A stretch of DNA of 63,340 nt, filler included, from Octopus bimaculoides (GCF_001194135.2; 4 parts of 4 records of this genome joined end to end with filler, not necessarily neighbours in it), one strand, 5' to 3'. Shown: positions 11,760-25,797, counted from the whole stretch's first letter. Program-made: numbers and translations. The notes: generated from the letters alone by a model not told the origin.

Positions 11760-13049
11760 AATCAGTTCGTTCACCGTTGTCACCCTCCACCATAACTTAC
11801 CCTCTTTCACTCTCACCCCACCACCAAAACAACCAAAGTTACTCCTTCCTCCTCGTTCTCCGCCCCTTCTTCATCCGCCTTCTCCGTCTCCCTCTTCATA
11901 ATCGCGTTTACCCGCTGCTAAAGTCACTACTACCACCACAACTACCAACACCACCAACGCCACCATCAGCACCACCACTAAAACCACTACCATCACCATC
12001 ACTACCAACATCACCACCACCATCACTAACCACCAACACCATTAACACTACCACAACTACTATCACTACCACACCCCTACCACTACCACAACCACTACCA
12101 CCATCACTACCACCACTAGCACCACCACCACTAACGCCACCATTATCACCACAATCACTACAACCACCACTACCACCACCACCACCACCGATTCAACAGT
12201 TACAATATCAACAACAACCGCAGTTGCAATCATCATCACCATCAGCATCTGCAGTAAGTCTATCACTAACCCTTGTAATGCTCACCCACCCACCCCCATC
12301 GCTAGAGGGGCTACCTTGACAGCCATCACAATTACCACTGCCTTCATCCCCACCACCACTAACAACCACACCACCACCACTATCACCACCACAAACGCCG
12401 ATACCAGCAACACTACCCCTATCTTATCATCACAGCAACACCATAACTAAACTACTACCACTACTATTACAATCACAACCACCACTACATCCATCACTAC
12501 TGTCTTCTGCCCTACCGCCACTACTACCACTAACACCTCCACCACTACCAAAACCGCCACCACCTCGCCGCCACCGTAATTATAACCAGATCCATCATCA
12601 ACATCACCACCACTACTAACACCAGAACTATAACTAGGATCATCATCACCGCCTCCACTACAATCAGCGCCACCAACCCCTCCACCAATATTGTTCATCA
12701 CTACAATTACAGCCACCAGCACTACCACCACAACTACCACTTCTATAACTAACACTACAGCCTAATATCAAAACTACAGCCACTACCACTGCTAAAACAG
12801 CAACTGTTACAACTACAACTGCTACCAGCCACCACCACCACCACCACTACCACCATCATCTCAGCCATCACTTACCACCACAGCTACTACCACTACAATC
12901 CCAATCCCCATCAGTACCGTTACCACCACCATCACCATCACAACTAGTCCATCCTCACAGTTAAAATGTTGCAACAGCAGTTATTAAGTGCTGACTATAC
13001 ATACACCAGTGAATTATATCTGAACTTCATGAACTGTAGCTGTACAGCA

Positions 13050-13100
<51 letters not shown>

Positions 13101-13392
13101 ATCTTCCCCAATAACGCCTGCACATACCCGCTGCACTCCGTCATCACCTGCAACTGCACCAGTGACAGCACCGCCACCACCATTAGTGCAACCGTTGCTG
13201 CAACCATTGATGTCTTTGCAGCTTTGCAATGCACTTGTTAACATATTCATTTTCTATTGTGGGTGTTGTCGTCACCACCTTCGTCATCATTATTATCATC
13301 ATCATCATCATCATCATCATCATTATCGTCGTCATCATCATCATTCTTGTCGTCGTCACTGTCGTCATCGTCGTCATCATCGTCATCCTTAC

Positions 13393-13440
<48 letters not shown>
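11760..13440. repeat. Long (ACC/ACT/ATC)n low-complexity tract
   Basis: Degenerate trinucleotide repeats giving poly-T/P/H/S/D/V ORFs in all frames. Confidence 0.9.
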
Positions 13441-15055
13441 CGAAATTTCCTGAGGCTCTCGAATTACATTTGACCTTACAATAAAACAGCTGGACGATCG
13501 TTGGAAAATATAGGCTTTACAAAAATGGTAACAAAAGATGTGTCATCTGCACCGCAGAAGAAAGTCTGACCATGAAATATTCACTGCAGGCAAGATCCTA
13601 TTTAAGTGCCATGTCTATGACCTTTAGTTAATGTAAATGCGTTAATAGGCACTACTAACACTGTCAATGACAAATTATATTTATGCAGATATAAGAGCAT
13701 AAGTGCAAAATGCAACATTTTTAAATGCATTCTTTCCTTTATTCTTTTTCCTTCCTTTCCTTCATTTTGCTTTCTTCTTGCTCCCTTTCTACCGAGATGG
13801 AACATTCTTAGGGAACTGGATCCCGTATAGTCGCTACCTTCATTTGGACTTGTTTAGAACTCAGTCCATGTCAACACATCCAATTCTCAAGCAAAATAAT
13901 CTCTTTAATTAAATTTATCAGTTCTTTCCTAATCCCCATAAATTATAAGCTTAACAAAATGAGGATACTTTCTTTCTCCTAGAAAGCCCAAAATAAACCA
14001 AAAGCAGGTAAAGAAAGCATCTTTCTTTTGAAAAGATACATCGCTTAGTCGAAGCCATGGACGTTTCTTTTTATGACTAAGATTTAGTTATTTTTTAATA
14101 CGTTTTATTATATTTTCTATTTCTTCCATTGTTATTTCTGCATGAGTATCCATATCAAAATGGACGACATGGGATTTCTGATATTGTATCTGCGTTGGGT
14201 GGGAATTAAGTGTTAACATGTTGCTTGCAATAAATAATCTATCCAACATTGAAGTTAAATAATTTATTTCAGCAGCCTCTATGTTATCTCAACCGCATAT
14301 ATATATATATATATANNNNNNNNNNNNNNNNNNNNNNNNNNNNNNNNNNNNNNNNNNNNNNNNNNNNNNNNNNNNNNNNNNNNNNNNNNNNNNNNNNNNN
14401 NNNNNNNNNNNNNNNNNNNNNNNNNNNNNNNNNNNNNNNNNNNNNNNNNNNNNAGAGAGAGAGAGAGAGAAAGAGAGAGAGATAGAGAGAAAGAAAGAGA
14501 GAGAAATAGTTAAAGAGATAGATAGATATACATGTAAACATATGTATATAGATATACTTTTATATATATATTAACATATATATATGCATGTGTGTGTGTG
14601 TGCATACATATATATGTGTGTGTGTATATATGGCTGCATGCATGTATTTACAGAACACTGCCGTCCAGAGCGACAACCACCAACCACCACAACCATCACC
14701 AGCAGTACCATTATCATCACCACCAACAACAACAACACAACCACCACCATCGACAGTTAAAATGCTGCAACAGCAATTACTAAGAGCTCACTGCACAGGT
14801 GAAGTACAACTGAACTACATGGAATAAAACGGAATATCGTCAAACCACCACCACCGCCACCACCACCACCCACCAACACCCACCACCATCACCATCACTG
14901 TCACCACCACCATCACCACCACTACCACCACCACCAACAACAACATCACCNNNNNNNNNNNNNNNNNNNNNNNNNNNNNNNNNNNNNNNNNNNNTTAATT
15001 AATTAANNNNNNNNNNNNNNNNNNNNNNNNNNNNNNNNNNNNNNNNNNNNATATA

Positions 15056-15089
<34 letters not shown>

Positions 15090-15699
15090 AGTTGTTGCTG
15101 TATGGTTTTGACGTTAAAAAAAACAAAGAAACCCTCTCAAGAACCATATCTCCTTGAAAAAAACAAAACAAAAATCTCTCTGCAGCCTTCAAAGTTGAGG
15201 GGATTATGTTTTTTAAACTCTCTAAATGTCAGGTAAATATATCCCAAGATGAAGTTATGTAAGTAAATAAAAAAAAATATCTTCAATTGTGACACCACAC
15301 ACACACTCACACACACACACTCACACACATATATCTATATACACACACACATATGTATATATACACACACACATACATGTAAGAGTAAGTGGTTCTGATT
15401 TCAGAGTATTAAATGAATGCTATGAAAATTACTGCTATATCTTATGTCAATTGATCTAAACTGTATTTCAGTTTTACAAACTGACCCTATCTACCCCTAC
15501 TGTCTCACAGCAAGCAAGTCTTCGTGCATTTAGCTTAGATGCAGTTGTAATGTATTCAAAATTTTTATGGGGTGTTTTTTTGGGGGGGGAGCACTGATAA
15601 CTAAGTCCAGTGTTTAGATCCCATTAAATTCCTTCTCGTACAGGATACTGTATCTCTTATCTTACATGTGTTTATGTCATTGAACTGTCGCTATGCTGA

Positions 15700-15975
15700 A
15701 GTACTGTATTGAAACGTTTAATCAAACAATTGATCCTGGTATTTTTTTCTTTCAAACTTGTACTTATTCTATTGGCCACTTTTGCTAAACCACTAAGTTA
15801 CAAGGATGTAAACAACCCAACTTTGGATGTCAAGCAGTGTATAGTGGAGATAAACAGAAACACACACTTATACACAATGGGCTTCTTTAATTTTCCATCT
15901 ATCAAATTCACTCACAAGGCTTTGGTCACACAGTGGGACTGAACCAAGACCACATGGTTGGGAAGCAAGCACCTA
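15700..15975 (-). mobile_element. SINE family A, degenerate and internally deleted
   Basis: Reverse complement of the family A core (cactcacaaggctttggtc, cagtgggactgaacc, acttattctat). Confidence 0.75.
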
Positions 15976-17351
15976 TGTAGGCAACATTCCCAGATGATCT
16001 AATATCCATTCCCAACAGCTGGATTGAATTACTCCAAAATAAAGCAGTTCAGATCACTCTGTCTATAAGCCCTGTGGTTGTTATGTATACCTGCAGTAGA
16101 CTCGATGCCTTGCTACCCCATGAGTAGGGAGCCTAATACCTTATTCACATTACCATTCTATTTCTGCTTTGTTGTGGTTATTCTGTAAATCTACTCAACA
16201 TTACACCTGACAAGTCAACCCTGTTTACCTTTGTTACATTTTGTTTACTGTTAAATCTTCTCAACTGCAAACTGGACATGATGTTTGCCCTCAACTGCTT
16301 GCACTGCACCCCACACAAACAAATACAGGTAGCATGATGGAATGCAGTGTGTTGTAGCAAGCTGGAATTAAGCATGCTACATTTTGTCTTGCCAGGCCAA
16401 ATATTTGAATAAGGTGACATCCATGCCATGGCTATAGTACTGTGGGTTTTATTTTATGGCAATTTGGCTCTTTAGATTCTCTAAAGTCACGATACTGACT
16501 ACCTGTATGAAGCTATAAGACTTTCTTACTCTTTACTGAAGGGTGGTATTGGCAGGAAAGAATTCTATTGCCAGGAGGAAAGCTCCAAATGCATTTACCA
16601 TAAACCTGCAGATGATCATGGCGTCTAATGAAGGAAACCTAGTCTTTATGCTGCAGTTTTTTTGCAGAATTATTAATTTGAGATTACCTCGAGAGATCAT
16701 CAGGTGGTATGAGATATAGTTTTGCTCGTTAATCCGATGGATTTACATGTGTGTAGTTCATATATAAGGATGGAGTAGGGTAAGGTTATTTGTTTGATGT
16801 TTGTAGTGATTGTGTCTGGGTCTTGTTGAAAGAAACTAGGTTGTTGCATTTCTGTTACATGATGTTGTCATAGTTTCTGTTCATTGAGAGAGTGCAGGTG
16901 TAGGGAGGGTGCATGCAAAGGACACCTTTATGGAAGGTTTATGATTGAAGTGTTGTACCATGTGCAGAGAAGAGTGAGTCATTAGAAGGGACAATGACAG
17001 TCGTTAACTGGTGGAGGGTAATGTGTAGGACACACAACCAAATCTCGGAGCATGGATAGAGTATAGTTCAAAGAGAACTTGGCTGACGCTTTCTGATGTG
17101 GGACAGCTTCTGATACAAGAATTAAGCAGCTATAGATAGGTAACTTAGCAAAGAGATTCCCATCCAAACACCGTAAAACTATCATTTCTGATGTAAGTTT
17201 TTTTTTAGGCTGGAGATGGGTGATGTAGAAAGGCAAACTTCCAGATCTGGCTTTATGGAAGTCATACCAGAGACCACTGGGGGGAGCGAAAGAAGCTCAA
17301 AGGGAGATGTAGACATTGGGAGTGATTGATGAGTATGTGGCAGGGTTAGAA

Positions 17352-17625
17352 GTTTTCTCTTCTTTGGACCATGGCCATACTGGGGCACCTCCTTGAAGGG
17401 TTTAGTCAAATAGATCTACCCATGTGCTTGTTGTTTTAAGCTTGGTACCTATTCTATCAGTCTGTTTTTACCAAACTGCTAAGTTATGGAGGCATACACA
17501 AACCAACTTCAGTTGTCAAGTAGTGATGGGACACACACACACACACACACACATGACAGGCTTCTTTCAGTTTCCGTCTACCAAATCCACCCACGATACT
17601 TTTGTTGGTGCAAGACTGTGGTAGA
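17352..17625 (-). mobile_element. SINE family A, 5'-truncated
   Basis: gaccatggccatactggggcacctcctt and gacaggcttctttcagtttccgtctaccaaatccac match family A in reverse. Confidence 0.8.
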
Positions 17626-17635
17626 AAAGGCACAG

Positions 17636-18030
17636 GTATGGCTATGTGGTAAGAAGCTTGCTTCTCAACCACATGGTTCTGGGTTCAGTCCCTCTGTGTG
17701 GCACCTTGGGCAAATGTCTTCTACTATAGCCTCGGGGCCAACCAAAGCCTCGTAAGTGGATTTGGTAGACAGAAACTGAAAGAAGCTCGTTGTATATATA
17801 TATATATATATATATATGTATTTGTGTGTCTGTGTTTGTCCCTCCACTATCACTTGACAACTGACATTGGTGAGTTTACATATCATTAACTTAGTGGTTT
17901 GACAAAAGAAACTGATAGAATAAGTCCTAGGCTTACAAAGAATAAGTCCTGGAGTCGATTTGTTCACCTAAAGGCGGTGCTCCAGCATGGCTGCACACAA
18001 ATGACTGAAACAAGTAAAAAAGTAGAAAAA
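17636..18030 (+). mobile_element. SINE family A, near full length
   Basis: Head gtatggctatgtggtaagaagcttgc through tail aaggcggtgctccagcatggctgc...gaaacaagtaaaa. Confidence 0.9.
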
Positions 18031-18044
18031 TAATATGTATTTTA

Positions 18045-18408
18045 CTTGTTTCACTCATTTGACTGTGGCCATGCTGGAGCACCACGTTAACAGGTTTTAG
18101 TTGAAAAAATCGACCTCAGGACTTATCCTATCAGTTCCTTTTGTCAAACCACTAAGTTATGGGAACGCAAACTCACCAACGTCAGTTGTCAAGCGATGGT
18201 GGAGGGACAAACACAGATACAAAGATCCACATATATATATTTACGACAGGCTTCTTTCAGTTTCCGTCTGCCAAATCCACTTAGAAGGTTTTTGTCATCC
18301 CTAGGCTATAGTAGAAGACTTTTGCCCCAGGTGCCCATGCAGTGGGACTGAACCTGGAGCCATGTGGTTGGAAGCAAGCTTCTTACAATACAGTCGTGCC
18401 TGCACCTA
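18045..18408 (-). mobile_element. SINE family A, near full length
   Basis: Reverse complement: acttgtttcactcatttgactgtggccatgctggagcacc ... cagtgggactgaacctggagccatgtgg. Confidence 0.88.
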
Positions 18409-18621
18409 AATATGTGTGTGTGTGTGTTGTGTGTGTGTTACTCACACACACACACATTTCTATACTATTCTTGTTAATGAATAACAAATTTGTACACTAG
18501 CAAATTTATTGAGTAATTGTTCAGCTTAATGTAAATTTTTTATTGTTATAAAACCAAACAATATATACGTATTTAAGGCTATATTTGTATATATGGTTGT
18601 AACTTAACAAAATGTGTGCAT

Positions 18622-18669
<48 letters not shown>

Positions 18670-19201
18670 CAGAGCTTCACATACGTTTTGGTGCTCTTAT
18701 GAATATGTGGTTCACTGCGTTTATGTAAAATATGTGTGTGTATGTGAGTGTGTATACGTGTGTTTCAAGCTAGAGTTACCTACCTTGCATTGTCGAGTCC
18801 TGAGGAAGAGGAACGTAGTAGCTGTGTGTGATACATATGATGGTTGCATATCTCTATTGTTTTTAATAGAATTTTCTTTAAAGACAATGCTAGTGGTGGT
18901 GGTGGTGGTGGTGGTAATAGTAGTAGTAGTAGTAATAGTAGTAGTAGTGATGACTCATTTGCTACTATTTCCAATATTTGCTATAATGACAGAAACATGG
19001 AATAGTTTTTGCTTCTTCTGCTTATTGGATGAGAATAAAAACAAAATTATTCACAGTGGAAAATGTGTGTTGATGGAAGGGTATGTATGCATCTGCTTAG
19101 ATAGATAGATACATACACATATATATATATATTATATACTTTCATATATATATATATGGTCACTCAACACATTTATTGGGAGTTACATCATGTATGGATC
19201 T

Positions 19202-19254
<53 letters not shown>

Positions 19255-19911
19255 NNNNNNNNNNNNNNNNNNNNNNNNNNNNNNNNNNNNNNNNNNNNNN
19301 NNNNNNNNNNNNNNNNNNNNNNNNNNNNNNNNNNNNNNNNNNNNNNNNNNNNNNNNNNNNNNNNNNNNNNNNNNNNNNNNNNNNNNNNNNNNNNNNNNNN
19401 NNNNNNNNNNNNNNNNNNNNNNNNNNNNNNNNNNNNNNNNNNNNNNNNNNNNNNNNNNNNNNNNNNNNNNNNNNNNNNNNNNNNNNNNNNNNNNNNNNNN
19501 NNNNNNNNNNNNNNNNNNNNNNNNNNNNNNNNNNNNNNNNNNNNNNNNNNNNNNNNNNNNNNNNNNNNNNNNNNNNNNNNNNNNNNNNNNNNNNNNNNNN
19601 NNNNNNNNNNNNNNNNNNNNNNNNNNNNNNNNNNNNNNNNNNNNNNNNNNNNNNNNNNNNNNNNNNNNNNNNNNNNNNNNNNNNNNNNNNNNNNNNNNNN
19701 NNNNNNNNNNNNNNNNNNNNNNNNNNNNNNNNNNNNNNNNNNNNNNNNNNNNNNNNNNNNNNNNNNNNNNNNNNNNNNNNNNNNNNNNNNNNNNNNNNNN
19801 NNNNNNNNNNNNNNNNNNNNNNNNNNNNNNNNNNNNNNNNNNNNNNNNNNNNNNNNNNNNNNNNNNNNNNNNNNNNNNNNNNNNNNNNATATATATATAT
19901 ATATATATAGA

Positions 19912-20065
19912 TGATGGGCTTCTGTCTACAGATTCCACTCAAGGCTTTGGTCAGCCCGAGGCTACACCAAAAGTCACTTGCCCAAGGTGCCATGCTGGGA
20001 AACTGAACCCAGAACCATATGGTTGGCTAGCAAATTTCTTACTATACAGTCACATTTGCACTTGT
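19912..20065 (-). mobile_element. SINE family A, 5' half
   Basis: ccactcaaggctttggtcagcccgaggcta...gaacccagaaccatatggttgg. Confidence 0.75.
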
Positions 20066-20087
20066 GTGTGTGTGTATACATATTCTT

Positions 20088-20432
20088 TTATTCTTTTACC
20101 TGTTTCAATCATTTGACTGCAGCCATGCTGGAGCACTGCCTCTAGTCAAACAAATGGACCCCAGAACTTATTCTTTGTAAGTCTAGTACTTATTCTATCG
20201 GTCTCCATTGCTGAACCAGTAAAGTAAAGCAACATAAACACACCAACATCAGTTGTGAAGCGATGGTGGGGTGGGTGGACAAACACTGGCACACAAACAC
20301 TCACGCATATATGTATATGTGTGTGTGTGTGTGTGTATATATGATGAGCTTCTTTTAGTTTCCATCTACCAAATCCACTCACAAGGCTTTGGTCAGCCCA
20401 AGGCTATTGTAGAAGAGATACTTGCCCAAGGC
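20088..20432 (-). mobile_element. SINE family A, head truncated
   Basis: atttgactgcagccatgctggagcactgcc ... ccactcacaaggctttggtcagcccaaggcta. Confidence 0.85.
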
Positions 20433-20574
20433 AATGACAGTCTCTGTGCATCATTGGCCTCAGTATACCAAATGCTCTGTGTAGGAGGTGTTGGTAGGCA
20501 GATGGACTGTCTGACCAGCAGGATGCCACTTTTCCACAAAATGTGAAAGAATAGATGTTCCAATCTGTTGGATG

Positions 20575-20802
20575 GAAATGCTGCTAATCATTTGAGGCAC
20601 AAGACCTGAAAGTTTTGGGGAGGGTGCTGCTAATGGATCACATTAACCCCAGTACATAACTGGTACTTTATTTTATCGAGCCTGAAAGGGTGAAAGGCAA
20701 AAGTTGAGCTCTGCGGAATATGAACTCAGAACGCAAAAATGGAAGAAATGCCACTGAGAATTTCGTTCAGCATGCTAACGATTTTACCATCTCACCACCT
20801 TA
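20575..20802 (-). mobile_element. tRNA-derived SINE, family B
   Basis: Reverse complement of the family B consensus (ctgagttcaaattcc, actttgcctttcatcctttc, aagtaccagtt). Confidence 0.8.
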
Positions 20803-20821
20803 ATACTAAATGGTTTCAAAT

Positions 20822-21025
20822 TTTAGCACAAGGCCAGCAATTTCGGAGATGGTGGGAGTTGATTACATCAACCCCGGTATTTAACTGGTACTTGTTTTAT
20901 TGACCCTGAAAGGATGAAAAGCAAAGCTGACCTAGGCAGAATCTGAACTCAGAACATGAAAACAGACGAAATACCACATAGCATTTTGCCTAACATTACT
21001 AATGATTCTGCTTGATCACCACCTT
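20822..21025 (-). mobile_element. SINE family B
   Basis: cacaaggccagcaatt...aactggtactt...gaactcagaac. Confidence 0.8.
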
Positions 21026-21069
21026 CATAACGATGATAACAATGATGATAATAATAATAATAATAATAA

Positions 21070-21209
21070 TAGTGATAATCCTTTCTGTTATAAGCACAAA
21101 GCCTACAGAGTTGATGTCAGTGGGATTTGAACTCTGAATGTAAAGATTAGTGAAATGCCACTAAAGCATTTTGTCCAACATGGTTAGATTCTGCCATCTT
21201 GTCACCTTC

Positions 21210-21212
<3 letters not shown>
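21070..21212 (-). mobile_element. SINE family B, internally deleted
   Basis: atcctttct...gggatttgaactctgaatgt...aagcattttgtcc...gattctgcca. Confidence 0.7.
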
Positions 21213-21243
<31 letters not shown>

Positions 21244-22839
21244 TGATGATTATAACAACAATAACAGCATAAACAATATCATTGATGTTGTTGAAGAATA
21301 TTGATAATCTGTGAAGAAATATTTTGAAAATGGTAAAAAGCAGTTCTATTGACATTTGCCCAGAGTCTTCTGACAAACACTGCTTCCACCACCACCACCA
21401 CCACCACCACCACCACCACAACCACCATGTCAACCACTACCAGCAGTAGCATCAGCAGCCCCACCACCATTGACATAGACACCACCACTACTGCCACCAC
21501 CTCTTCTACCATCTTAACTATATGAAAATGTCTGTCTTGTTTTGTCTGTTCCAACTTATTATATATTTTAACTGAGCAAGCCTAGCCAAGCAGGCGAATC
21601 AATAATTTAACAGCAACATTAATGATTTTTTTTTTTTGAAACTTATTTATTTATTTTTGGTGTGTGTGTGTGTGTGTGTGTGTGCATATGAGAGAGAGTA
21701 AATGTGTGTGTGTATGTGTATATGTATGTGTGTGTGTGTGGTGTGTGCATGGCAGGGCAGCAAAGGAGGTAAGAAACAGATAGGAATAAAATGAAATAAA
21801 ATAATGAGAAGAAAATGTAGTTGCAACATAGAAATGGTATTTGCATTGCTTGCACTTTTAGGAGTTCATTTACCATTATGATTTCTTAGAATTATGTTCC
21901 ACTCCGTTCTTATTCATTTCTTTATGTTCTCTACGCGACTTAGAGGAAGAAGGATAGCGTCCATGACCTTTGTTAATATCTTGGACACTGGTGTGAAGAA
22001 TGGAAGGAATGAAGGAGGGTGTCTCCTCGATTGGACTAGACTAAGGGCCAAAATGGTTGCTACAGAGTGGAATCTACTAAAGGTATCACATAACCAAGTA
22101 GCAATGAGTGACTGATTAAAGTTATTCCTTCCAAAATAAAAATGGTTTTTTCTGTGATTTTTCACAGCTTCTGTCTACCAAATTTCTCTGATAGGGTTTT
22201 GGATGCCTGCTCAAGGTACCATATACTGTTACTGAACCCCCAAACCATATAGTTAAAATACAAACTTCTTAACCATGCTGCAATAGTTGCACTCATATAT
22301 TTTTTTTAAGTTCACTTAGATCCTAAATACACCTTTGGTGTACCAATTCTTAATAGTGCGCAATATGAAAAGCACTGTTTTATTTATGCGCCCTTTCAAA
22401 GCCTAGCCAGGCTCATGGGTGCGGTTTCCCGATTTCTATGGCATATGTGAAGATGTTGTTAGGCCTCCTACAGCATAATAGAAGCCATGATACTAAAAAA
22501 TTATAGAGGCTAAGACACAACTCTGTTTCTTGCCATTTGTGGGAGAAAAATTATAGATATGTCTCCATTGCCCCTTAACACTCGTTAGTATACCACCATG
22601 GAATTGGTGCACTGTATACTTAAATATGGGTGGACAACCATATCAGGGAAGAAATCTTAATAAACTGCCATGATTCACTGCCATAAGCCTCTCTGAGATC
22701 AACAAAAGTCGTATACAAGGGTTGATTCTGTTCTGTAAATAATTATATAATGTATTATACATTATATATCTATGTAAATACATGCTTAATGATCTAACAT
22801 ACATATATACACGTGTGTGTGTGTGTATAGCTATATCTA

Positions 22840-22876
<37 letters not shown>

Positions 22877-23589
22877 ATATATATNNNNNNNNNNNNNNNN
22901 NNNNNNNNNNATATATATATATATATATATAATAAATACAGACATATTTACATATATATAAATATACATGTTTGTGTAAATATACAGCATACACACACCT
23001 ATATATGTGCCTATATAAATATACATTGTGTGAATATATATGTATGAATACACACACACACACACACATAAATGTACATGTATATACACATGCATACACA
23101 CACATGTACACATGCAGTAAGATTCATTTAATATAAAGACGTTTATCATTTCAATTTCACTGTCTCAGGGGATTTTTTCTTCCATGATTCCATTAAAATC
23201 TTTGAGGATTCTTGAACTGAGATTGAACAAAGAACATATATTTGTGTACTAAACTATGTGGATAGTGACACAAATGATGATGTACAGAAAAGAGCATAAG
23301 TGGGAGAGTACCAAGGGGAAATCAGTTTTAAATCTGCATCAACACACATACATTCGAGTAGACGCTTACAATGTTTTTGTTTATTTCTTTGTAAGACGAG
23401 GGAAATATAAATGCAATCCAACTATAGTGTTTGGATCATGATAATGAGCTTATATAGAACAAGACCTTAATCTCACATTCTCTCTCTTTCTCTTTCTCTC
23501 TTTCTGTCTCATCTCCTCTTCTCTCTTCTCATGTTTGAGCAGTTTGTTAAATACATTATTACCACTAGACCATGGTTGAATGCATGCAT

Positions 23590-23780
23590 TGTCACCATCA
23601 TGATGTAACATTCATGTTCTATGCTGGCATGGGTTGGATAGTTTGATAGGATCCGATATAGATCCAAGGACTGCATCATACTCCACTATCTACTTTGACA
23701 TGCCCTTCCTAACACCACCTGCTTTACAGTGTGTACTGGGTACTTTTTTCAGTACCACCAGTCTAGTGTGGCTATTATCC
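23590..23780 (-). mobile_element. RTE LINE 3'-UTR fragment
   Basis: atgctggcatgggttggatagtttg and tgcccttcctaacacca match the 3' UTR of the RTE at 36750-39575 in reverse. Confidence 0.65.
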
Positions 23781-25107
23781 AGCTTCCAAGACTTTGAACC
23801 CATGGAAGGCAGCATTATTCTAAGAGTTGAGGGGGTTAATGCATGAAAGAAGGGACCATAACAGGCTCTTCTTAACACCAAATATTTCACAGCCTGTATT
23901 GGGTACTTTTACATTTGCTGTACCCTAAACCAGAGTAGTCACAACTGCAGCTTGCAAATCTATGAACTCTTGGAGGGCTTCATTATTCCAGGAGACAAGG
24001 GGTTCAAGCATGTGAGAAAGGGCCATACCAGAACAGGTTTCTTGCTGTAGAGGAACTATGTTGGAGACCCATATTTTAGAAAAAAGAATCAGGGTGGTTG
24101 GGATGGAACTAGAAAGTGATAAAAACAGTGGGTGGTAGGATGTCTAGAAAGATCCTCAAGTGTGAGGTGAGAAGAAAAGTGAGTGGGGACAGAGGAACCA
24201 GGAATGTGGAGAGTGGCAGCTAGGGGAGTGAGAGATGGGGTATGAGTGAGGGATTTCAACTTGGAAACAGAAAGGAACAACATAACTATCACAAGGTTTG
24301 TTGTTTGCGGCTCCATCGATTATGCTAGTCCACTTCTATGTATACACAAACAATTCATGCACATATATACTTATACACCAGAATGTATAAACACATGCAT
24401 ATGTATACATATATATACTTCTACACACTTGTACAAACAGATATGGATATATACTTCTACATACAAGTGTGTAAAAGCTCACATATGTATATGGATATAT
24501 ATTTATACATCAAAGTATATAAATACATGCATATAGATATGTACATATACTTTTACACATGTACATGCGCATATACTTATGTATAGACTCACACATATGC
24601 TTGTGTATAATATATACTTCTACGTAAGTATTTAGAAGGTAAGGCATTAAAAGAATTAGGAAAGTGATTTAATCTGTTGGTTTAAAGTTCCACTAATAAA
24701 CCATCTCCTGATCCATCAGTTTTGATGGATGTGTCCATATTCATTTATCGATTAATTGTCCATTCGCTTATCACTCATTCCGCTTTTCATGTTGCTCCAT
24801 ACATTTGCATGGAAGGAAGTGGAATCGGTGTGATGCCTGAGGAGGATTCTATTACAGTTGGCATGGATGCCTACATTAAGTTGTCAACGTTGGAGTTTAG
24901 TCTTTTCTGCAAAAAGTACTGCTTAGTGGGTAGTTCTTACTCTTAAATTGCTAGGTAGTAATCATAAACCTCTTCAAAGCAAGAGGGTACTCCATGTTGG
25001 TTATTGTCATTGTTTAAAACACCCACCACCCACACTCCCTTCCTTCGAGCCAAGGCATTTAATCAAAAGTATTTCTGCCATGATTTTCTTGTCTTTTTTT
25101 TTTTTTG

Positions 25108-25330
25108 TTTCTTTTATCTTTCACTTGTTTCAGTCATTGGACTGCAGCCATGCTGGGCCACTGCTTTGAAGGGTTTTTAATTGAATGAATCACCCCCTCC
25201 CCTCTTGTACTTGTTTTATACAACCTGAGACTTGGTCGATCAGTGTCTTTTGTTGAACTGCTAAGTAAGTTATGCAGAATGTAAACAAACCAACACCAGC
25301 TGTGAAGTTGCGATAGGAGACAAACACAAC
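25108..25330 (-). mobile_element. SINE family A, 3' half
   Basis: cacttgtttcagtcattggactgcagccatgctgggccactgc. Confidence 0.75.
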
Positions 25331-25744
25331 AACAACAACAACAACAACAAANNNNNNNNNNNNNNNNNNNNNNNNNNNNNNNNNNNNNNNNNNNNNNNNN
25401 NNNNNNNNNNNNNNNNNNNNNNNNNNNNNNNNNNNNNNNNNNNNNNNNNNNNNNNNNNNNNNNNNNNNNNNNNNNNNNNNNNNNNNNNNNNNNNNNNNNN
25501 NNNNNNNNNNNNNNNNNNNNNNNNNNNNNNNNNNNNNNNNNNNNNNNNNNNNNNNNNNNNNNNNNNNNNNNNNNNNNNNNNNNNNNNNNNNNNNNNNNNN
25601 NNNNNNNNNNNNNNNNNNNNNNNNNNNNNNNNNNNNNNNNNNNNNNNNNNNNNNNNNNNNNNNNNNNNNNNNNNNNNNNNNNNNNNNNNNNNNNNNNNNN
25701 NNNNNNNNNNNNNNNNNNNNNNNNNNNNNNNNNNNNNNNNNNNN

Positions 25745-25797
<53 letters not shown>

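Noticed and set aside
11777-12319. 180-aa Pro/Thr-rich mucin- or extensin-like ORF
   Set aside because: Derived from a degenerate (ACC)n tract; no signal peptide or splice support, and all frames give homopolymeric peptides.
14951-15050. TTAATTAATTAA between two 44-N runs (also 33680-33779 and 59726-59825)
   Set aside because: Identical 100-bp construct each time; the palindrome puts stops in all six frames. It is a scaffolding spacer, not biology.
16150-17350. Possible ancient LINE (APE region) on the minus strand
   Set aside because: Only vague similarity, with no diagnostic motif that I could read with confidence; needs a profile search.
21940-22083. Open plus-strand segment GRRIASMTFVNILDTGV... 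with AG/GT ends
   Set aside because: Resembles the degenerate C-terminus of a LINE ORF2 (RGRP.MTFVD.L..DTG) rather than a host exon.
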